A stretch of DNA of 58,783 nucleotides from Candidatus Omnitrophota bacterium (GTDB taxonomy: Bacteria > Omnitrophota > Gorgyraeia > Duberdicusellales > Duberdicusellaceae). Position numbers and translations under genes: made by a program. The DNA lies in contig JAGGSQ010000010.1 of the NCBI GenBank assembly GCA_021159015.1, positions 1-58,783 on the forward strand. The letters are read 5' to 3'. The notes under the pieces were generated by a model, which saw nothing but the letters and a program-made list of their open reading frames with translations, was not told the origin of the DNA and searched no databases. This document shows positions 1 to 8,668 of this stretch, one piece after another (position 1 is the stretch's first letter; each line of letters opens with the position of its first letter).

Positions 1-8
1 TGCGTTCC

Positions 9-49
9 TATACTGTCCCCCCTTGTCAAACAAAAATCTGTTGAGTCTC
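9..49 (-). repeat. Solo copy of the terminus of the IS3-family element seen at 57933-58783
   Basis: Positions 9-49 (tatactgtcccccc-ttgtcaaacaaaaatctgttgagtctc) align with 57933-57974 (tgtactgctcccca-tttgtcaaacaaaaatttgttgagtttc). That region is the last ~7 codons (ETQQIFV*) of the transposase plus the element end. Similarity stops there and no transposase ORF follows. Confidence 0.5.
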
Positions 50-392
50 TAATTCTTTCACTTCCAACCATCCCTAAGCTTTATTGATGAATCTCAAAAT
101 CTCTACAGATTTCAGAGAATATAAGTAGTTAACTATTCTAATAATAGAGATAATAATTGGCAAGATTAAAAACAGGGTATGAGGGGCAGAAGAAGAGGCT
201 CAAGCTTTCCTTAAATTAAGAATCATTTCCGCCAAAGACGAATCTGCCTCTGGCGGAAAACAAAATAAAGAAGATTAGGATAAGTTCTTTGAGGAGTTAA
301 AATAGAATTAAAGTTGTATCAATTTTGGGGATGCAATCATAATCTTCAGCTTCATTGCAGGACGAGAAGTTATATGGTAAAATGACCTCACT

Positions 393-845
393 ATGTTACA
401 TCGTTTTTTTCTCTGGGCTGAGAGTTTGGTCAAAGCAAAATCTTTTTTGGCCGTATTTTTTGCTTTTTCCTCCGGTTTTCTCTTAAGTCTTACGCCTTGT
501 TTTCTGCCTCTGGTGCCGGTAATGTTGGGTATGCTGGGATTTGGTGGGGGGAAAGGGAAAAAAGAAACTTTATTTTATCTGCTTTTCTTTGCTCTGGTGC
601 TTTTGGGTGTCTTTAACCTACCTTTCTTAGATATAAAGACAAAAAAACATCTTTCCCGGGGAGGAGCTTTTGTTTTAGGAGGAGCAGGGGCTTTGAGTGC
701 GGGAGGATGTACTTTTCCCGTTCTGGGCAGCATTTTGGTTCTGGCAGCTCTGCAGCATGATTTTGTCTTTAGTGGAGTTTTTCCATCTTTCTTTATAAAG
801 GAAAACCTTTTGGCATGGCTAATTCCATGGAGTTACAGGAGATAG
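393..845 (+). CDS. DsbD/CcdA-family membrane protein, short and possibly decayed
   Basis: Motifs LTPCFLPLVPV and GGCTFPVLG resemble the two Cys-containing TM segments of CcdA/DsbD. It is only 150 aa versus the 233-aa paralog at 3493-4194, and the C-terminal tail looks unrelated. Confidence 0.5.
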   Translation: MLHRFFLWAESLVKAKSFLAVFFAFSSGFLLSLTPCFLPLVPVMLGMLGFGGGKGKKETLFYLLFFALVLLGVFNLPFLDIKTKKHLSRGGAFVLGGAGALSAGGCTFPVLGSILVLAALQHDFVFSGVFPSFFIKENLLAWLIPWSYRR

Positions 846-848
846 AGG

Positions 849-2849
849 ATGTCTTTAATGAAGAGGGGAAAAGTTACTGGTGTTCCCACTGAGCTCTGGA
901 TAGATCTCTACGAGTTAACAATGGCTCAGGCTTATTTTCTTCATCGTCCCCGCCAATACGCTAGTTTTGAGCTATTTATCCGCTCGCCGCGTCGGCCATT
1001 TTATTTAGCCTGCGGTATAGACGAAGCAGTTGATTATGCGCTTAATCTCCGTTTTTCTCCCCAAGCAACCGGCTATCTAAGAAGTCTAAAGATATTCCGA
1101 AAAGATTTCCTTGAATTTCTACGCTCTTTTCGCTTCCGCGGCAGTATATATGGAGTTAAGGAAGGTGAAATAGTATTTGCTAATGAACCTCTTGTGCGCA
1201 TAGAGGCAAATATTATTGAAGCACAGCTATTGGAGAGTGCCCTCTTAAACATTATTAATCTCAATACTACTTTGGCTACCAAATCTCTGCGCGTGATGCT
1301 GGCAGCAGGAGGTAAGCCCGTATATGATTTTTCACTACGCCGCACCCAGGGCCTTGATGCCTCTTTGGCCGTAGCACGTAATTCTTTTTTAGTAGGGGCA
1401 AAAGGGACTTCTAACGTATTGGCAGGTCTCCTTTTTCACATTCCTGTAGTAGGAACCATGGCGCATTCTTTTGTTATGAGTTTTAAAGAAGAGCTGGATA
1501 GTTTCAGAACCTTCTGGGAAATATTTCCTAAAAGTACAATCTTGTTGATAGATACTTATAGCGTAAGAAAAGGCATAGATAATGTTATTCGCTTAGCCAG
1601 ATTTCTACAAAAGAGGAGAGGGAAAATATTAGGGGTGAGAATTGACAGCGGTGATATAAGAAAAGAAGCAAGAGATATTCGTCATCGTCTGGATAAGGCA
1701 GGGCTAAACAATACTATCATTGTAGCTTCAGGAGACTTAGACGAGTACAAAATAAAAGCGCTCCTCAGGACGAATGCACCTATAGATGCGTTTGGGGTAG
1801 GAACAAAAATGGGAACTTCGGCCGATGCGCCTTTTACTGATGTAGTTTATAAAATTGTAGAGGTCTCGTTACTGAGAGGGAACCGTTTACCTTTAATGAA
1901 ACTCAGTGAAAATAAAACAATTCTTCCCGGGCGTAAGAAAATAAGCAGAAAGTTCTCTCCTCAAGGCTACATGCAGTATGATTATTTGGCGAGCATTCAA
2001 GAGCAAGTAGGGGGCAGAATTTTATTAAGGAGGTTAGTGAGGGAAGGAAAAAAAGTTTATACTCCTCAGACTCTGCGAGCTTTAAGAAAAGAGGTAGAAA
2101 GGAAAATAAGGACTCTGCCTGCCAATCTCAAGGATTTACAAGAGTATCCTCCTTATCAGGTCAAGATTAGTAAAGGATTAAAAAAATTAAGCCGTAAGAT
2201 AGCTCAAGAGATAAACCGGCAGATAAACAAACCTTCTCTTCTGTTTTTTGATATTGATACTCAATATGATTTTGTTTCGCCGCGCGGGAAACTTTATGTT
2301 CCGGGAGCAGAAAAATTTAAAGGTAAATGGGGGTTTCTTACCCACTTAGCTCAAAAGAAGAAAGTGCCGATCTTAGCTTCACTTGATTCCCATGTGCAGA
2401 ACGATAAAGAATTTCGTCAGTTTCCTCCTCATTGTATTAGAGGCAGCAGAGGCGAGCGAAAGATATCTTCTACTCTGATAAAGTCATATTTTATTCTAGA
2501 CAGTAAACCATATTCTCTCTCTGAATTATTGGCAGTAAAAGAGCGTTATGACCAGATAATCATTAGAAAACCCACATTTAGTGTCTTTTCTAATCCTAAT
2601 ACTGCCCTTTTGCTCGATATGTATATGCCTGAGGAGATATATCTTTATGGCCTAGCGGCTGAATTCTGTGTAAAAGCAGCTTTGGAAGGTCTACTCAAGA
2701 GAGGAGAACGCGTATGGGTAGTAGAAGATGCCGTAGTAGCTATTGAAAAACAGAAAGCGGAATTTATCTTCCAGCAGCTGAAAAAGAAGGGAGTAAAATT
2801 TGTAACTGTCTCAGAAGTGAGGGACAGGTTAAACAAAGAGTATATATAG
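849..2849 (+). CDS. pncB: Fusion protein: nicotinate phosphoribosyltransferase (N-terminal ~450 aa) plus nicotinamidase/isochorismatase-family hydrolase (C-terminal ~200 aa)
   Basis: The N-terminus has LYELTMAQAYF, GTMAHSFVMSF and IDSGD, which are NAPRTase-like. The C-terminus has FFDIDTQYDF, FPPHCIRGSRGE and YLYGLAAEFCVKAA (PncA-type Asp, Lys and Cys pattern). It is one uninterrupted 666-aa ORF. Confidence 0.8.
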   Translation: MSLMKRGKVTGVPTELWIDLYELTMAQAYFLHRPRQYASFELFIRSPRRPFYLACGIDEAVDYALNLRFSPQATGYLRSLKIFRKDFLEFLRSFRFRGSIYGVKEGEIVFANEPLVRIEANIIEAQLLESALLNIINLNTTLATKSLRVMLAAGGKPVYDFSLRRTQGLDASLAVARNSFLVGAKGTSNVLAGLLFHIPVVGTMAHSFVMSFKEELDSFRTFWEIFPKSTILLIDTYSVRKGIDNVIRLARFLQKRRGKILGVRIDSGDIRKEARDIRHRLDKAGLNNTIIVASGDLDEYKIKALLRTNAPIDAFGVGTKMGTSADAPFTDVVYKIVEVSLLRGNRLPLMKLSENKTILPGRKKISRKFSPQGYMQYDYLASIQEQVGGRILLRRLVREGKKVYTPQTLRALRKEVERKIRTLPANLKDLQEYPPYQVKISKGLKKLSRKIAQEINRQINKPSLLFFDIDTQYDFVSPRGKLYVPGAEKFKGKWGFLTHLAQKKKVPILASLDSHVQNDKEFRQFPPHCIRGSRGERKISSTLIKSYFILDSKPYSLSELLAVKERYDQIIIRKPTFSVFSNPNTALLLDMYMPEEIYLYGLAAEFCVKAALEGLLKRGERVWVVEDAVVAIEKQKAEFIFQQLKKKGVKFVTVSEVRDRLNKEYI

Positions 2850-2863
2850 GGGGGAGGTTAGAT

Positions 2864-3490
2864 ATGAAAAGGACACTGATTCTTATAGGTCTGCTTTTTC
2901 TGATTAGTATAGTAGCTTTAGCCGATGAGTATTATTTTAAAAATGGTCAAGTTAAGGAAGCTAAAGCTGAATATGTGGAAAGTCCTTATTTGGAACTTAC
3001 TTTTTTGGAGAATCCTGGGGCAGTAAAAGGTATGTTTATCTATGAGATAGTAAAAGTGAGGGGTCCTTCTTCTTTTCCTTCTGATGTTTACCGGCGTTCT
3101 TATGAACTATTAGAAAAGGGCAACTTGAGCTTTTATAAAGGAGATTTCTCTCGGGCACTTGATTACTATCAACAAGCTTTAGATATTAATCCTGTGTATA
3201 TATATGCTTATCACAACCGCGCTGTAGTCTTTGCTGCCGAAGGAAAGTATGACGAGGCAGCTTACGAATTTAAAAAAATGCTAAAACGTAGTAAGGATAA
3301 TCCGGGCGCTTATTTTAATCTCGGCGTTATTTATCGTTATTTAGAAAACTGGCGGCAAGCCAAATTCTACTTTGAGAAGGCTCGCTGGTATTTTTCAAAA
3401 CTTAAAGACCAGCGCAAAGCTAAACTCTGGTCACAAAAAACAGAGAGATACATCAAAGAGATTGAGGAGAGAATTCTGGAACGATATTAG
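2864..3490 (+). CDS. Secreted TPR-repeat protein
   Basis: Signal-peptide-like MKRTLILIGLLFLISIVALA. TPR-like repeats follow (ALDYYQQALDINP, YHNRAVVFAAEGKYDEA, YFNLGVIY). Confidence 0.7.
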   Translation: MKRTLILIGLLFLISIVALADEYYFKNGQVKEAKAEYVESPYLELTFLENPGAVKGMFIYEIVKVRGPSSFPSDVYRRSYELLEKGNLSFYKGDFSRALDYYQQALDINPVYIYAYHNRAVVFAAEGKYDEAAYEFKKMLKRSKDNPGAYFNLGVIYRYLENWRQAKFYFEKARWYFSKLKDQRKAKLWSQKTERYIKEIEERILERY

Positions 3491-3492
3491 CT

Positions 3493-4194
3493 ATGAATAT
3501 CCAGAACCATATACTTAGCTCCCTAAGCCATTTTTCTTTTTTTAGTGCCGTGGCAATATTTTTGGGCGCAGCGGTTCTAAGTCTTTCTTCGTGTACCTTA
3601 GCCCGTATTCCTATTGTAATGGGTTTTGTCAGCGGCGTATCCAGGAGCAAGAAAGAAAGTCTAAAAATATTGAGTGGTTTTACGGCAGGACTAGTAATCA
3701 GCTATACCAGTTTGGGCGTAGTGTTTGGTTTGTTTTCTCAGCTAATAAATAGATTTGCCTCTGCAAGTGTATATTTCTATTATGGGGCGGGATTTATCCT
3801 TTTCTTTCTAGGCCTGTATTTGCTGGGGTTTATCCCGGGTTTAGATACAAAGGCATGTGGTTATTCTCCTCAGGCGCGAGAGAACTTTGGTTTTTGGGGA
3901 GCATTATTTTTTGGTATAAGCTTTGCTTTTTTTGAGGCGCCAGTTTGTCCTTGTTGCGGGCCGGTACTTTTACTTTTGGCTAGTGCTACTTTTACGCAGG
4001 CTAAATTTTTGTTCGGTTTATTGGTTTTTTTTATTTATGCTTTAGGACAGAGTTTACCTATATTCATTATTGGTTTCTCTGCAGATATATTTAAGCTGAG
4101 TTTAGAGAAAGCGCATCGTCTTGAGCCTTATATTCAAGCGATAGCGGGAGTGGTTTTGGTGTGTTTTGGCGTATATCTGGTGTGGTTGGCATGA
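3493..4194 (+). CDS. ccdA: Cytochrome c biogenesis CcdA/DsbD-like thiol-disulfide transporter membrane protein
   Basis: 233 aa and polytopic, with Cys motifs SSCTLARIPIV and FEAPVCPCCGPVLLLL. The family assignment is by pattern only. Confidence 0.65.
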   Translation: MNIQNHILSSLSHFSFFSAVAIFLGAAVLSLSSCTLARIPIVMGFVSGVSRSKKESLKILSGFTAGLVISYTSLGVVFGLFSQLINRFASASVYFYYGAGFILFFLGLYLLGFIPGLDTKACGYSPQARENFGFWGALFFGISFAFFEAPVCPCCGPVLLLLASATFTQAKFLFGLLVFFIYALGQSLPIFIIGFSADIFKLSLEKAHRLEPYIQAIAGVVLVCFGVYLVWLA

Positions 4195-4775
4195 GGGAAT
4201 CTAAGAAAGTATCGGAGCATAATTTGTATAGATTAGATATTCGTTTGCGGGTGATGTTTCTTGCTATTGGGCTTCTAATAATGCTCAGCCTACGTCCCTG
4301 GATAGCTAAGCAGACTTATATCCGCGGCGGCATCTTTTATAATGCCGGCATGTATAAAAAGGCCATTAGATATTTTAAGAAATCTATTATTCTCGCTCCT
4401 GCCTATGGGTGTGCCAATCTTTTCTTAGCTAGTAGTTATGAAGAATTAGGAAATTATCCTGAAGCGATTAAGGTTTACTTGTCGTATATGAAAATTGTGC
4501 CTCAGAATCCCCAGATTTATTATTTTCTGGGGAGTCTTTATGCTACCCGATACAAAAATTATGTTAAAGCTCTGGGTTGGTTTGATGTAGCTATTAAAGT
4601 AGACAAAAAATATTGGGAGGCCTATCTGTGGCGGGGAATATGCTGGGAACTCTTGGGCCGGCCGGATTTAGCTATCGCCAGCTATCAGCAGATGAAGAAA
4701 GCTTTTCCACGCGACAGGCGTATAGACGGTTTTATTCAAGAGGTGAAAGTAAAAATGCAAAAGCGTCTAAGGTGA
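4191..4775 (+). CDS. Membrane-anchored TPR-repeat protein
   Basis: The ATG at 4191 overlaps the upstream TGA (ATGA); the track's GTG at 4161 is an alternative start. There is one TM (VMFLAIGLLIMLSL) followed by TPR-like repeats (YKKAIRYFKKSIILAP, YPEAIKVYLSYMKIVPQNP). Confidence 0.65.
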   Translation: MRESKKVSEHNLYRLDIRLRVMFLAIGLLIMLSLRPWIAKQTYIRGGIFYNAGMYKKAIRYFKKSIILAPAYGCANLFLASSYEELGNYPEAIKVYLSYMKIVPQNPQIYYFLGSLYATRYKNYVKALGWFDVAIKVDKKYWEAYLWRGICWELLGRPDLAIASYQQMKKAFPRDRRIDGFIQEVKVKMQKRLR

Positions 4776-4779
4776 CAGC

Positions 4780-4807
4780 TTGCAATTGAGAAGAGGAGTG
4801 ATATAAT
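4780..4807 (+). promoter_or_regulatory. Sigma-70-like promoter upstream of PFOR
   Basis: TTGCAA (4780-4785), a 16-nt spacer, then TATAAT (4802-4807). It is followed by the AAGGAGG RBS and the ATG at 4845. Confidence 0.45.
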
Positions 4808-4844
4808 AAAATCTTTGCGAAAGGTAATTTAAGGAGGCGAAAAA

Positions 4845-7800
4845 ATGGCCAGAAGAAAATTGACCATGGATGGCAATACCGCTGCTGCTTATGTAGCACA
4901 TGCTACTAATGAGGTATGTGCTATTTATCCTATAACGCCTTCTTCCGGAATCGGTGAGATGGCTGATGAAAAGTCAGCCAAAGGAGAAGTAAATATCTGG
5001 GGAGAGATACCTCTGGTCTCAGAATTGCAATCTGAAGGAGGCGCCTCCGGAGCGGTACATGGAGCCTTGACAGCGGGGGCTGTCACTACTACTTTTACTG
5101 CTTCGCAAGGCCTCTTACTTATGATTCCTAATATGTTTAAAATAGCCGGAGAACTGACTCCTACTGTGTTTTATGTTACTACCCGCACCGTTGCTTCGCA
5201 TGCTCTTTCTATATTTTGTGACCATTCTGACGTAATGGCAGTGCGTTCTACCGGCTTCGCCCTGCTTTTTGCCAGCAATGTGCAGGAGGTAATGGATTTA
5301 GGAGCTATAGCGCAGGCCGCTACTTTAGAGGCACGTGTGCCAGTAGTTTTAGCCATTGACGGTTTTCGTACTTCTCATGAAATACAAAAAATAGAAGAGT
5401 TAAGTTTTGATGATTTGCGGGCGATAATCAGAGAGGAATATGTCTTGGCCCATCGGGCGCGCGGTCTCAATCCTGAAAGGCCTGTTATCCGTGGTACCTC
5501 ACAGAATCCGGACGTGTTTTTCCAGGAGCGAGAAACTATCAACAATTTTTATGAAAAAGCTCCTGCCGTCTTTCAGCAAGTTATGGAACGTTTCCACAAG
5601 AAGATAGGGAGAAAATATGGGATCTTTGAGTATGTCGGCGATAAAGATGCGGAACGGGTAATAGTAATAATGGGTTCGGGCGCAGAGACGGTTCAGGAGA
5701 CAGTAGAATATCTGAACCGTCAGGGCGAGAAAGTCGGATTGGTAAAGGTGAGGCTCTATCGCCCTTTTGATATGAAAGCTTTTGTGAATACTCTACCTCC
5801 CAGTGTGAAATCTCTCGCAGTGTTAGACCGCACCAAAGAGCCGGGAGCTGTAGGGGAACCTCTGTATATTGATGTACGTGCGGCAATGGGGGAAGCATTA
5901 GAGAAAAAAATTGCCCCCTTTGCTCAGTGGCCGCAGGTTTTAGGTGGTCGCTATGGTCTGGGTTCAAAAGAGTTTAACCCTGCCATGGTTAAAGCCGTAT
6001 TTGACAATCTGTCTTCCCCAAAGCCTAAGAATCATTTTACCGTAGGTATTACCGATGATGTTAGCGGCACTAGCTTGGAAGTAGATGAAGAGTTTTCTAC
6101 GGAAGATCCCCGAACTTATCGCTGTGTATTCTACGGTCTGGGTTCAGACGGGACCGTAGGAGCTAATAAAAACTCTATCAAAATAATTGGCAATTTAACT
6201 GACAATTATGTGCAGGGGTATTTTGTTTATGATTCTAAGAAGGCTGGTTCAAAAACAATATCCCACCTGCGTTTTGGCAAAAAACCTATTCACAGTACTT
6301 ATTTGATTCAGAAAGCTAATTTTGTCGCCTGCCATAATTTTAGTTTTTTGGAGAAATACGATATATTTTCAGTAGCTGAAGAAGGAGCTACTTTTCTTTT
6401 AGCCAGCCCTTATTCTAAAGATGAAGTATGGAATAGAATTCCTTATGAGGCCCAGGAGCAAATTATTGCCAAGAAATTGCGTTTTTTTATCCTGCCCGCC
6501 TTTGATATTGCACGGGAGCTAGGACTCGGCTCGCGTATTAATATTATTATGCAGACAGCTTTCTTCAAGATAAGCGGTATTCTTCCTTTAGATAAAGCCG
6601 TAGAGGCAATTAAAGATTCTATCCGCAAGACTTACGGCAAGAAAGGGGAGAAGGTTGTAGATATGAATCTTAAGGCCGTCGATAGAGCCTTAGAGGCGAT
6701 TGAAGAAATAAAAGTTCCTCCTAAGCCTGAGAGTAAAATAAATATGCCTCCGGTAGTGCCTCTTGAAGCGCCAGAATTTGTACGCGAGGTTACCGGTCCC
6801 ATGATTGCGGGCAAGGGAGATAGTTTGCCTGTATCTAAATTTCCCGTAGATGGCACCTGGCCTACGGCTACTTCTCAGTACGAAAAACGCAATATTGCCC
6901 TGCAGATTCCAGAATGGGACGAAAAACTCTGTATTCAATGTGGTATGTGTAGTCTAGTTTGTTCTCATGCAGCGATTCGTATTAAGCTTTATGCGCGTGA
7001 TTGGTTAGATAAAGCCCCCGCCGGTTTTAAATCTGCTCCTGCTAAAGGCAAAGGCTTGGAGAATTTTGTTTTTACAGTTCAGGTGGCGCCTGAGGATTGT
7101 ACTGGTTGTGGCGTTTGTGTGGAAAACTGCCCTGCTTTAGAAAGAGATGCAGCAAAAAAACCTACCGGGAGAAAGGCTATTAATATGGTGCCGCAGCTGC
7201 CGCGTCGGCAGCAAGAGAAAGAAAACTTTTCTTTTTTCCTTTCCTTGCCTGATATGGAGGCAGGTAACCTTCCTTTCCCTTTAAATACAGTAAAAGGTTC
7301 ACAGTTAATGCGGCCTTTGTTTGAATTCTCGGGGGCTTGTGCAGGATGTGGAGAGACTCCTTACGTAAAACTGCTTAGCCAGCTTTTCGGAGACAGGGCT
7401 TTAATTGCTAATGCTACGGGGTGTTCTTCTATTTATGGCGGAAATCTACCTACTACTCCTTATTGTAAAAATAGTCAAGGACGGGGGCCGGCTTGGTCTA
7501 ATTCGCTTTTTGAAGATAATGCTGAGTTTGGATTTGGCATGCGCTTGGCGGTAGACCAGATTTCCGAAAGAGCCCGTAATCTTCTCAAAGAACTTAAGGA
7601 GAATGAGTTAAAGGAAAAAGCCAAGCTAATCGGTGATATTCTAACTGCGCCGCAAAAAACAGCTTCCGAGATAGAAGCACAAAGAAAAAGAGTGGCGGAT
7701 TTAGGAGAAATTTTAAAAAACTCCCCTTCCTCTTTAGCCCAAGAACTGCGGGATATTATTGATTATCTGGTAGCAAAAAGTGTCTGGATTGTAGGAGGAG

Positions 7801-8456
7801 ATGGCTGGGCGTATGATATAGGTTACGGCGGGCTGGATCATGTGATTGCCCAGAACAGAAACGTAAATATTCTGGTGCTGAATACAGAAGTATATTCTAA
7901 TACGGGCGGGCAGATGTCTAAAGCGACTCCTATGGGAGCTATTGCTAAGTTTGCTGCTGCTGGTAAGCCTTTGTTTAATAAAGACTTAGGGTTTATGGCT
8001 GCTGCATACGGTAGCGCCTATGTGGCGCGGATTGCTTTGGGGGCAAATCCCAATCAGGCCATAAAAGCCTTTATGGAAGCTGAACAGTATGATGGACCTT
8101 CAATTATCATAGCCTACTCTCATTGTATAGCGCATGGCACCAACATGCTTAAGGGAATGGAACAGCAGAAAAAAGCGGTGGCCAGCGGGTTCTGGATTTT
8201 GTTCCGCTATAACCCTGACCTGGCAAAGGAAGGGAAGAATCCTCTCCAGCTTGATAGCAAACCCCCTTCTTTACCGGTAGAGGAGTATATATATAATGAA
8301 AACCGTTTTCGCGCTTTAACCCAGATGTATCCTCAAAGAGCCGCCTATTTTCTTAAAAAGATGCAGCAGGAAATTGAACGGCGTTTTAAGATATATGAAT
8401 ATCTTTCACAAATGGATTACAGCAGTTTTGTTTCTAAGGTTGGGGCACAAAAGTAA
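4845..8456 (+). CDS. nifJ: Pyruvate:ferredoxin (flavodoxin) oxidoreductase, single-chain
   Basis: 1203 aa with MDGNTAAAYVAHA..IYPITPSS at the N-terminus. It has two 4Fe-4S motifs (CIQCGMCSLVCSH, CTGCGVCVENCP) and the TPP site GGDGWAYDIGYGGLDH. Confidence 0.95.
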   Translation: MARRKLTMDGNTAAAYVAHATNEVCAIYPITPSSGIGEMADEKSAKGEVNIWGEIPLVSELQSEGGASGAVHGALTAGAVTTTFTASQGLLLMIPNMFKIAGELTPTVFYVTTRTVASHALSIFCDHSDVMAVRSTGFALLFASNVQEVMDLGAIAQAATLEARVPVVLAIDGFRTSHEIQKIEELSFDDLRAIIREEYVLAHRARGLNPERPVIRGTSQNPDVFFQERETINNFYEKAPAVFQQVMERFHKKIGRKYGIFEYVGDKDAERVIVIMGSGAETVQETVEYLNRQGEKVGLVKVRLYRPFDMKAFVNTLPPSVKSLAVLDRTKEPGAVGEPLYIDVRAAMGEALEKKIAPFAQWPQVLGGRYGLGSKEFNPAMVKAVFDNLSSPKPKNHFTVGITDDVSGTSLEVDEEFSTEDPRTYRCVFYGLGSDGTVGANKNSIKIIGNLTDNYVQGYFVYDSKKAGSKTISHLRFGKKPIHSTYLIQKANFVACHNFSFLEKYDIFSVAEEGATFLLASPYSKDEVWNRIPYEAQEQIIAKKLRFFILPAFDIARELGLGSRINIIMQTAFFKISGILPLDKAVEAIKDSIRKTYGKKGEKVVDMNLKAVDRALEAIEEIKVPPKPESKINMPPVVPLEAPEFVREVTGPMIAGKGDSLPVSKFPVDGTWPTATSQYEKRNIALQIPEWDEKLCIQCGMCSLVCSHAAIRIKLYARDWLDKAPAGFKSAPAKGKGLENFVFTVQVAPEDCTGCGVCVENCPALERDAAKKPTGRKAINMVPQLPRRQQEKENFSFFLSLPDMEAGNLPFPLNTVKGSQLMRPLFEFSGACAGCGETPYVKLLSQLFGDRALIANATGCSSIYGGNLPTTPYCKNSQGRGPAWSNSLFEDNAEFGFGMRLAVDQISERARNLLKELKENELKEKAKLIGDILTAPQKTASEIEAQRKRVADLGEILKNSPSSLAQELRDIIDYLVAKSVWIVGGDGWAYDIGYGGLDHVIAQNRNVNILVLNTEVYSNTGGQMSKATPMGAIAKFAAAGKPLFNKDLGFMAAAYGSAYVARIALGANPNQAIKAFMEAEQYDGPSIIIAYSHCIAHGTNMLKGMEQQKKAVASGFWILFRYNPDLAKEGKNPLQLDSKPPSLPVEEYIYNENRFRALTQMYPQRAAYFLKKMQQEIERRFKIYEYLSQMDYSSFVSKVGAQK

Positions 8457-8485
8457 AGCAGAAACCTGACAAGAAAGGAGGAAGA

Positions 8486-8668
8486 ATGGCTAAAGTAAGT
8501 ATTGACAGATCTACCTGTGTAGGATGTGGATTGTGCGTTAATACTTGTCCTGATTGCTTCCAGCTTACCTCTGAAGGAGTAGCAGAAGTAACTAACAGCG
8601 AATGCTCAAGCTGCAACGTAGAGGAGATTGCCTCCCAGTGTCCGGTTAATGCTATTAAGGTAGAGTAG
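8486..8668 (+). CDS. Small 4Fe-4S ferredoxin
   Basis: 60 aa with CVGCGLCVNTCPDC plus a distal Cys-Pro (SQCPVNAI). It lies directly downstream of PFOR with an RBS (AAAGGAGG). Confidence 0.85.
   Translation: MAKVSIDRSTCVGCGLCVNTCPDCFQLTSEGVAEVTNSECSSCNVEEIASQCPVNAIKVE

Noticed and set aside
228-268. An 8-bp-stem hairpin (ttccgcca ... tggcggaa) in the 390-bp ORF-free region at the window start. It could be a terminator or a small RNA.
   Set aside because: There is no U-tract on either strand and the loop is 16 nt. I saw no recognisable Rfam-like motif (SRP, 6S, tmRNA or riboswitch cores), and the evidence is too weak to call a feature.
5581-5967. A 128-aa minus-strand ORF inside PFOR, together with similar antisense or alternative-frame ORFs. 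These include 1073-1345, 6632-6938, 12077-12361, 16542-16829, 22034-22426, 22496-22804, 27979-28368, 36863-37204, 42446-42754, 47523-47885, 48602-48916 and 53532-53915.
   Set aside because: They lie entirely within strongly supported conserved genes on the other strand or frame. They have low-complexity or Ser/Arg/Leu-rich translations with no recognisable motifs. These are typical shadow ORFs.
8655-8668. A 14-nt convergent overlap between the ferredoxin and ppiD-like 3' ends, which could be a regulatory antisense arrangement.
   Set aside because: Short convergent overlaps are common in compact genomes. There is no hairpin or other structure here, so it is noted only as a consequence of tight packing.
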